Source: Terriglobia bacterium
GTDB taxonomy: Bacteria > Acidobacteriota > Terriglobia > Bryobacterales > Bryobacteraceae
Assembly: GCA_963762455.1 (NCBI GenBank)
Contig: CAVXKV010000002.1
Span: 1,902 to 25,901, forward strand
Reading direction: 5' to 3'
DNA: 24,000 bases
The notes under the pieces are model-generated. The model saw nothing but the letters and a program-made list of their open reading frames with translations, was not told where the DNA came from and searched no databases. Position 1 is the first letter of the stretch. The number at the start of each line of letters is the position of its first letter. The position numbers were made by a program, and so were the translations under genes. This document shows positions 14,454 through 21,303 of this stretch, piece by piece.

Positions 14454-15326
14454 ATGCGGGAGCATGGGATGGCTTTACCGATGAAATTGCACTCCGGGCA
14501 AGGACTCTTCCGCAACGTACCCTTGGGTATCCGTGCTTGTATCACGGCAGCCTTGCTACTCTTCATTTTCGTCATGCTGTGGGGCATCGTAGATCGCTTC
14601 GTGTACTACCCGATGCCGTATCCACAAGGTGAGTGGGGTCTACAAGCAGCGGCCGGGGCGCAGGACGAATGGTTCACTACGCGAGATGGCGTTCGCTTGA
14701 ATGCCTGGTGGTTTCCCAAGCCGGACGCCCGTTTGACAACACTCTTCCTACATGGAAACGCGGGCAACGTTACGCATAGAATCGATCATGCTCAGGCGAT
14801 TAGAGAAGCCGGGTCCGCGGTTTTAATCGTCGACTATCGCGGGTACGGAAAGAGCAAGGGGCATCCGAGCGAACGCGGGTTGCATTTAGATGCCGACGCG
14901 GCCTACGACAGGCTGCTTCAACTCGGTTACGGCCCGAAGCAGATCGTCGTGCAAGGGGAATCGCTTGGAACTGCCATAGCATCGGAGCTCGCGTCCCGGC
15001 GCGGGTGCGCAGGGCTGATTCTGGAATCGCCTTTGGCGTCTCTGAGTGAAATGGCCGGCAGAGTACTTCCCGTCATTGGTCCGATGGTGGCGCACGGTTT
15101 CGATACCAAGAAGACAATTAGGGAGGTGCGCGCGCCCTTGCTCGTCATACATGGCGATGCGGACGAAATTGTGCCGTTCTCGCAGGGCCAAACTGTTTTT
15201 ACCGCGGCAAATCAGCCGAAGGAGTTTTGGCGTGTTCCTGGCGCTCATCATAACGATTTGCTGTATACCGCGGGGAACGAATACGTGAGGCGGTTACGCG
15301 CTTTCTACCGGTCAGTGCCGAAGTAA
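14454..15326 (+). CDS. Membrane-anchored alpha/beta hydrolase (BEM46/ABHD13-like serine hydrolase)
   Basis: The track ORF 14244..15326 overlaps alkB on the opposite strand. In-frame ATGs at 14454, 14469 and 14481 precede a TM helix (ACITAALLLFIFVMLWGIV). It then reads LFLHGNAGN, VDYRGYGKS, the nucleophile elbow VVQGESLGTAIA, IHGDADEIVP and GAHHNDL. Confidence 0.8.
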   Translation: MREHGMALPMKLHSGQGLFRNVPLGIRACITAALLLFIFVMLWGIVDRFVYYPMPYPQGEWGLQAAAGAQDEWFTTRDGVRLNAWWFPKPDARLTTLFLHGNAGNVTHRIDHAQAIREAGSAVLIVDYRGYGKSKGHPSERGLHLDADAAYDRLLQLGYGPKQIVVQGESLGTAIASELASRRGCAGLILESPLASLSEMAGRVLPVIGPMVAHGFDTKKTIREVRAPLLVIHGDADEIVPFSQGQTVFTAANQPKEFWRVPGAHHNDLLYTAGNEYVRRLRAFYRSVPK

Positions 15327-15337
15327 CAGTTCGCTCA

Positions 15338-16660
15338 TCAGCGATTGACGATGGCGACTCGAAAGGGCGGCTGGGCATTTTCGGACGGTTCCATCGCGTA
15401 GGTCTGTTCGGTTTTCGACGGGTCGTAGTCGCGCCAGAGCCAGATCATTTCGGCCGGGAACTCGGCGGCGCCATGGGCTGAGTTGTGCGTGCCCTTGCCA
15501 AAGCTCAAATGAAAATCGTAGCCTTTGAGTTTTAGTGCATTTGCCAAGCGGATATTAGCTAAAGGCCAACTACCGTAACGGTTGTTTTCCTGGTCGTTTG
15601 AGCCGTCCTGGAGCCAGATGCGGATATTGCGCTTTTCTTCACGCAGAACCTTTTCGGGATAGTCCTGACCGCCGTCTGGGATGGCCGGGTTTTCCTTCCA
15701 TTGAATCGCGGTGAAGCTGCCGATCCAACTAATCACGCGACTGAACTGTTCGGGCATCTGCCAGGCTGCGTTAAAGGAACAGATGCCACCGGAAGAGAGA
15801 CCGGTGATGGCGCGGCTGTAGGCGTCGCTGCGAATGTTGTACTTGGCTCGCACTTCGGCCAGGATTTCGTCACGAAGAAATTGCCCATAACGATTGCTGA
15901 CGGTATCGTAGAGCGTGCTGCGCATGGAGTCTTTCAAAGTCCGATGCCATTGATCGGAGTAGGCCTTGACGAAATTGTAGGTCGGCGTGCCGGGTGAATC
16001 GGCGATGTCGCCGGGATTAATGAACACGCAGATCATTACCGGGATCTTTTTTTGGGCGATCAGGTTGTCGATGACGTTAAGAGCCGGATTATTGCCGTCC
16101 CTCTTGATGTAACCGCCGCCGTCCTGAAAGACCATGAGCGCAGCGGGAACGTTTGCGTTGTACTGTGCCGGAACATAGATCCAGTATTCGCTCTTCATGT
16201 CGTCGTAGATCCTGCTTTTATGTGCGAGAGGACCTGACAGAGTGCCGGTGGGTACGCCGGGTTCGATATAGGAGAGCGGTCCGAATGCGGGGACGTCCAA
16301 GCGGCCGCCGAAGTTTACGCCGTTGACGACATAGTGGAACGCGTGCGGTTTGCCAAGATCGCCGATCCTGGCAGGCGTGTACCAGATATCGGTGCCGGTC
16401 AACGGTTGCATGATCGGACCGGATGCGTCATCGATGAAGAGCTCAGGTTTGGAGGCTGCTTCGGTAGCGAAGAAAAAGTCCGATCCGCGACCGGCCCAGG
16501 CCGTTCCTTCCTTCAAATCTTTGCTGTCGAAAGTTGCGGCGATGGCCGGCCCAAGCGCGGCGGTGTTGGATTTTGCCAGTTCCGCTAACTGGGGCGCAGT
16601 CAATTTCTCGGCGGCAAAGGCGGATGTGATTAAGAGCAGAAAGAGCGCTATTGTTTGCAT
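15338..16660 (-). CDS. Secreted esterase-family protein (putative esterase/enterochelin-esterase-like alpha/beta fold)
   Basis: 440 aa with the signal peptide MQTIALFLLLITSAFAA. An N-terminal beta-rich region is followed by VPAALMVFQDGGGY and the nucleophile elbow AITGLSSGGICSFNAAWQMPEQFSRVISWIGSF, typical of the esterase D/Fes-like family. Confidence 0.8.
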   Translation of the reverse strand: MQTIALFLLLITSAFAAEKLTAPQLAELAKSNTAALGPAIAATFDSKDLKEGTAWAGRGSDFFFATEAASKPELFIDDASGPIMQPLTGTDIWYTPARIGDLGKPHAFHYVVNGVNFGGRLDVPAFGPLSYIEPGVPTGTLSGPLAHKSRIYDDMKSEYWIYVPAQYNANVPAALMVFQDGGGYIKRDGNNPALNVIDNLIAQKKIPVMICVFINPGDIADSPGTPTYNFVKAYSDQWHRTLKDSMRSTLYDTVSNRYGQFLRDEILAEVRAKYNIRSDAYSRAITGLSSGGICSFNAAWQMPEQFSRVISWIGSFTAIQWKENPAIPDGGQDYPEKVLREEKRNIRIWLQDGSNDQENNRYGSWPLANIRLANALKLKGYDFHLSFGKGTHNSAHGAAEFPAEMIWLWRDYDPSKTEQTYAMEPSENAQPPFRVAIVNR

Positions 16661-16706
16661 CTCAGGATGAACTATATCGCGAGGCTCAAAACGGTGACAA
16701 TGGTTT

Positions 16707-18383
16707 ATGTCTTCTTACACGCCCAGCGCTCCGTATGCACGCGAGCAGGCCTTTCCGGCTTTGACAGCAGCGCAGATCGATCGGATTCGCCCTTCGAGCC
16801 GCGTGCGGAAAGTCGAGCGGGACGAGATTCTCTTTGAACCGGGCGATACGGACGTTCCGTTTTTCGTGCTGCTTTCGGGAGCTATGGAGATTGTGCAGCG
16901 GGGTTTGGATGGCGAGCGCACGATCGCGACCCACCACGCGGGCGGATTTACGGGCGAGATTACCATGATCTCCGGACAGCGCTGTCTGGTTAAAGGGCGG
17001 GTAACGGAAGCCGGAGAGTTTCTCGAAGTAAGCTCCGAAGCGCTGCGAGCAATTGTTGCGAGGGATGCAGAACTGAGCGATCTCTTGCTGCGCGCCTTTA
17101 TTCTGCGCCGCGTCGCACTGATCGACAGCGGTTATGGAAACGTAATTCTGATGGGTTCGCACCACTCCGCTCAGACTCTTGAATTGCGCGAGTTCCTCAG
17201 TCGAAACGGGCATCCTTATACCTATGTGGATCTGGAGACGGACCGGACCTCGCAGGAACTGCTGGACCGTTTCGAGGTGAAGGCATCTGAAGTGCCGGTG
17301 CTGGTTTGCAACGGGCGGAATGTGCTGCGCAGGCCGACTATTCAGCAGGTAGCAAGCTGTCTGGGTTTAAACAGCAGCATCGACGGGGCTCAGTTGCGGG
17401 ACGTGATCGTCGTAGGCGCGGGGCCGGCAGGTCTTGCGGCGGCGGTGTACGCGGCATCCGAGGGACTGAATGTTTTGGTGGTCGAGACAAACGCTCCAGG
17501 CGGGCAGGCGGGATCGAGTTCGAAGATCGAGAATTACTTAGGCTTCCCGACGGGAGTCTCGGGGCAGGAGCTGGCGGCGCGAGCAACGACGCAGGCCCAG
17601 AAGTTCGGGGCGCATATGATGATCGCGCGCACTGTCGTGCGGCTCAGGTGCGAACGACAGCCCTATGAAGTTGTGCTCGACCAAGGCGAAACACTCGAGG
17701 CCCGGGCAATTGTGATCGCGACCGGGGCGCAATACAATAAACCGCGGCTGGAGAATTTGGATCAGTTCGAAGGAAAAGGGATTTACTATGGCGCGACCTA
17801 CATCGAGTCGCAGCTGTGCGGGGACGAAGACGTGGTGGTGGTGGGCGGAGGAAACTCGGCTGGGCAGGCGGCCGCGTTTCTGTCACAAGGGAAGCGAACG
17901 GTTCACATGCTGGTGCGATCGGGTGAGTTGAGAAGCACGATGTCGCGATATCTGATTCAGAGGCTCACAGAGAATCCACGGATCGTATTGCATTTCAATA
18001 CCGAGATCGTCGGGCTCGAAGGCGGCGAGTATCTCGAGCGGGTAACGTGGCAAGACAAAACGACGGGCGAGGTATCCACGCACGACATCCAGCACGTTTT
18101 CATCATGACGGGGGCTTCGCCGCGAACCGAGTGGCTGCGGGGATGTCTTGCGCTGGACGAGAAAGGCTTCATTTTGACTGGGCGCGATTTAGATTCGATG
18201 GCGAAGTCTAACGGAAATCCGCGCTGGCCTCTGGCGCGAGTTCCTCAGATGCTCGAGACCAGTTCGCCGGGCGTGTTTGCGGTAGGGGATGCGCGAGCAG
18301 GCAACGTGAAGCGCGTTGCGTCAGCTGTGGGCGAGGGTGCGATCGCGATTCATATGGTGCATCGGGCATTGGGGGAATTGTAG
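16707..18383 (+). CDS. Cyclic-nucleotide-binding domain fused to a thioredoxin-reductase-like FAD/NAD(P) oxidoreductase
   Basis: 558 aa. The N-terminal cNMP-binding-like barrel reads ILFEPGDTDVPFFVLLSGAMEIV...FTGEITMISG. The FAD motif is VIVVGAGPAGLAAAVYAASEGLNVLVVE, the NAD(P) motif is VVVVGGGNSAGQAAAFL, and the C-terminus reads GVFAVGDARAGNVKRVASAVGEGAIA. Confidence 0.85.
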   Translation: MSSYTPSAPYAREQAFPALTAAQIDRIRPSSRVRKVERDEILFEPGDTDVPFFVLLSGAMEIVQRGLDGERTIATHHAGGFTGEITMISGQRCLVKGRVTEAGEFLEVSSEALRAIVARDAELSDLLLRAFILRRVALIDSGYGNVILMGSHHSAQTLELREFLSRNGHPYTYVDLETDRTSQELLDRFEVKASEVPVLVCNGRNVLRRPTIQQVASCLGLNSSIDGAQLRDVIVVGAGPAGLAAAVYAASEGLNVLVVETNAPGGQAGSSSKIENYLGFPTGVSGQELAARATTQAQKFGAHMMIARTVVRLRCERQPYEVVLDQGETLEARAIVIATGAQYNKPRLENLDQFEGKGIYYGATYIESQLCGDEDVVVVGGGNSAGQAAAFLSQGKRTVHMLVRSGELRSTMSRYLIQRLTENPRIVLHFNTEIVGLEGGEYLERVTWQDKTTGEVSTHDIQHVFIMTGASPRTEWLRGCLALDEKGFILTGRDLDSMAKSNGNPRWPLARVPQMLETSSPGVFAVGDARAGNVKRVASAVGEGAIAIHMVHRALGEL

Positions 18384-18399
18384 AGACACGCTCGTAGCA

Positions 18400-20487
18400 T
18401 CACTCCTGCTTCCACCAGCCTTCGATCAGCTGCCGGAAACGCGAGTAAAGGAAGGAAGTCGCGATCAGTAACACGCCTAAGATCACGAAGCCGGAGATGC
18501 GATAGACACGGTTTAGTTGCCAAACATCGAACAGATATAGCTTCAATATGACGAACGCGAGCAGACACAAGCCGGCGATTCGGTTGATTGCTGTTCGCGT
18601 ACCGACGCCGACGCCAACGAACACAAGCGCATAGATTCCGAAGAGGATCGATGTGGCTACTGTCTCCGCACTGAGGACGCTTTGAGGCGGAGAGGATCGC
18701 TGCGCCCAGCCAATAATCTCGAGTGTGAACCCCCAGAGAAGAACGAGGTGGCCGGCAATGTACTCTCCGATGCTTACTTGCCCAAGTGCTTTCGAACTCC
18801 AGAACGCCGATAAGAAAAGGGCGACAGCGGCGACGGCGAATGAAAAGAATCGAGTATTCCACAGCAAAGAATAGGCCGGAGCAGGCCCGAGTGCCCAACT
18901 GTCGAAAGCAGTCAAGCGAAGCACGACTAATCCGAACAGAATCGATGCGGCTACGATCACCCGCGTGTTGCTGAAACGAAGACCAAGCCAGGTTAGCGCG
19001 GCAGCCTGGAGACTCCAGGCGACAGTAATGGTGAAGCCTGTGAACTGGACGGGAATAGCGATTGCAATGAAACATACGGCCAGCCCAAGCGAAATTAGCA
19101 TCGGCCGCGGATCGCCCGTTCTTTGACGATTCAGGTAGGCGGCGAATGCGAAATAGACGGCTGCAACAGCGACGGCCAACAGTCCGAGATACTCGTGATA
19201 TCGCACGTGCAGCAGCAGGTAAGCGGCTCCGTAGTAGACGATTCCGTCCGCCGCGAGAATCGAGAGACGTTGGAGAGTTGAGATCGGGCTTTCTCTTTCA
19301 ATTCGCCAGATCTGCCAAGCGGCGAAGAGCAGAAAAGCGACCGTGATTCCAAGGAACTGCGAAAGGGGCGTCGCGCGTCCGTCGCTTGCAACGCTCCATA
19401 TTGCAAACGAGAACCAAAATCCGCCGAATGCCGTGGCAGCTAAAGCGGGCAAGCCCTTGTGTTCCGCCAAGGCGAGACCAGCCGCGGCAATTACAAGAGC
19501 TAGCGTGAAGAAACCCGCGGAGTTTTCCTGCCAGATGTCCGAAACCGCAAAAGCAACCAGAAGCTGCATGATTGGCAGCGCGATAACTAAGGAGATTTGC
19601 GAATACAGAGCAAAGAAGGCCAGCAATGCGACGGTGGCTACCAGCCGTTCATGATGAGCAATGCCGAGATCGAACAGCCACGATCCATAGATGAGCGCGG
19701 TAAAGGCAAAACTGACGATTTCGAGTACGCCCCAAGCGCGGCGTCTGGCTAACGCCATCGCCGCAGCGTCGAGCAAGAATATGTAGCTGAACAAAAACCA
19801 CGGGCGATCCTGGCCGGTGCTGAGTAACAGCGGGGTTAAGTAGCCGCCGAAGAAGCCTAGCGAGGTAATCGCAGGCGAGTTGTAGCGCAGAGAAAGCGCT
19901 ACGGCCAGGCAGGTTGCTGCAAGAAGCAGGGCGAAGGCAATGGTTTGCCCAATCAGATGGTAAAAGCCAAAAGCAGCGTACAGCGAGAGATAGAGGACAG
20001 CAATCCCGGTGCCGGTGATGCCCTGTGCAAAGACCTGTTGGCCTTTACGCCATAAAAGGTCCGCTACGCCCAAGATCGCGAAGCTGGCGAGCACTCCGAG
20101 GATGACCCTGCCGGCGGGTCCGATCCAGTTGTTGTCGACGGCCCACTTAAAAAAGAAGGCGACGCCGAGTACAAGCGTGATAACGCCGACACGGTTTAGG
20201 ATGGTGAGACCGAGTTTGGTTTCGAAGCCAGTGTTCTTTGGGGACGGTTGAGGGTCTTCTGCAGGTAGTGGCGGGGGTAGAGGCTGCGATATTTCCTTGA
20301 CAGCGGCCGGGGGCAACGCCGGGCGCGCGGGGGCCTGCACGACGGGGGGCGGCGACGCCACGCTCTCTCCGGGAAATGAGGTAGCCTCAAGCCGGCTTAG
20401 ACGTCTTTCAAACTCGTCCTGTCGGCGTAACAACTGCGCCAAGGTTTCAGCGATGTTGTCCAGCCGTTCCCGATCCGGGGATTGCAT
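18400..20487 (-). CDS. DUF2339-type polytopic membrane protein
   Basis: 695 aa. An N-terminal coiled segment (LAQLLRRQDEFERRLSRLE) and a Pro-rich linker are followed by about 20 hydrophobic helices. This is the layout I associate with DUF2339. Confidence 0.75.
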   Translation of the reverse strand: MQSPDRERLDNIAETLAQLLRRQDEFERRLSRLEATSFPGESVASPPPVVQAPARPALPPAAVKEISQPLPPPLPAEDPQPSPKNTGFETKLGLTILNRVGVITLVLGVAFFFKWAVDNNWIGPAGRVILGVLASFAILGVADLLWRKGQQVFAQGITGTGIAVLYLSLYAAFGFYHLIGQTIAFALLLAATCLAVALSLRYNSPAITSLGFFGGYLTPLLLSTGQDRPWFLFSYIFLLDAAAMALARRRAWGVLEIVSFAFTALIYGSWLFDLGIAHHERLVATVALLAFFALYSQISLVIALPIMQLLVAFAVSDIWQENSAGFFTLALVIAAAGLALAEHKGLPALAATAFGGFWFSFAIWSVASDGRATPLSQFLGITVAFLLFAAWQIWRIERESPISTLQRLSILAADGIVYYGAAYLLLHVRYHEYLGLLAVAVAAVYFAFAAYLNRQRTGDPRPMLISLGLAVCFIAIAIPVQFTGFTITVAWSLQAAALTWLGLRFSNTRVIVAASILFGLVVLRLTAFDSWALGPAPAYSLLWNTRFFSFAVAAVALFLSAFWSSKALGQVSIGEYIAGHLVLLWGFTLEIIGWAQRSSPPQSVLSAETVATSILFGIYALVFVGVGVGTRTAINRIAGLCLLAFVILKLYLFDVWQLNRVYRISGFVILGVLLIATSFLYSRFRQLIEGWWKQE

Positions 20488-21114
20488 TCACTTTCGAAAT
20501 ACGGCAGTGCCGGCGAGCCTGTCGCCAAATCGGCGCCCGGTTACGAGCAGCAAAATCGCTTCCGTGCCAAAGATGACGAGAGCCACGATGCCTTCAAAGA
20601 AGATGCCGATGAGGGGAATCATGCCCAGAATTCCCGGGATCGCTAGCGGCACATTGCGCAGAAGGCGTTGCTGGGTAGTGGAGGCCGTTCCGTCCGTGCT
20701 CCCAACGAAGCTGCCCATCACCGATTTGCCTGGACTTGCACCGTTGATGTCACGCAACAGCCAGTAACAAGCGTGAATCAGGCCGTAGAACATCCACCCT
20801 ATGAAAGGAATGAAGTGGATCAAAGCGAGCAAGAGCATGGGGACGACATCGATCAGGTAAGCTACGACGCGCCTGCCGGTTTCTTCGGGCTGCCGTGCGT
20901 AAGCGAAAGGGACCGAAGTGCCGGGCGCAGAGTAAGCCGCACCCGACGTGTTCTGGTATGGAGGGGGATCCGATGCGGCGTTGCCGGGGCTGGCCGCTGC
21001 AAGATTCGTTCCGCAGTTGGGGCAAAAGATCGCAGTCGCTTCGGTGGATGTTCCGCAATTGGGGCAAAACATAGGCTCTCGAGTTCCTGTCGGGGGGTGT
21101 TTCTTCGTAAGCAT
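20488..21114 (-). CDS. Double zinc-ribbon plus RDD-family membrane protein
   Basis: MFCPNCGTSTEATAIFCPNCGTNL gives two CxxC pairs. A Pro/Ala linker follows, then the RDD-type membrane domain (RRVVAYLIDVVPMLLLALIHFIPFIGWMFYGLIHACYWLLRD). The start is 21114 or, more likely, 21072 (MFCPNCG). The stop TGA 20490..20488 directly abuts the DUF2339 ATG 20487. Confidence 0.8.
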   Translation of the reverse strand: MLTKKHPPTGTREPMFCPNCGTSTEATAIFCPNCGTNLAAASPGNAASDPPPYQNTSGAAYSAPGTSVPFAYARQPEETGRRVVAYLIDVVPMLLLALIHFIPFIGWMFYGLIHACYWLLRDINGASPGKSVMGSFVGSTDGTASTTQQRLLRNVPLAIPGILGMIPLIGIFFEGIVALVIFGTEAILLLVTGRRFGDRLAGTAVFRK

Positions 21115-21167
21115 TGTTTCACAGTCATATAAAAAGTACGGGTTTCTCGACTACGTGAAATTACCTC

Positions 21168-21196
21168 TTGACAGGCAATCTTAGCGGGCATATTAT
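21168..21196 (+). promoter_or_regulatory. Near-consensus sigma-70-type promoter upstream of the TonB-dependent receptor gene
   Basis: TTGACA (21168..21173), a 17-nt spacer, then TATTAT (21191..21196). It lies about 100 nt upstream of the receptor start. Confidence 0.5.
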
Positions 21197-21303
21197 CACG
21201 TCAATTACTTCTAAAGGAAAGCTCTTACAAAGTAGACGCGTTCATTTACCGCGATCTGCTGACGTAATGCCAAAAGCTTCACAGGGGTTGAAAGGGGGCC
21301 AAG

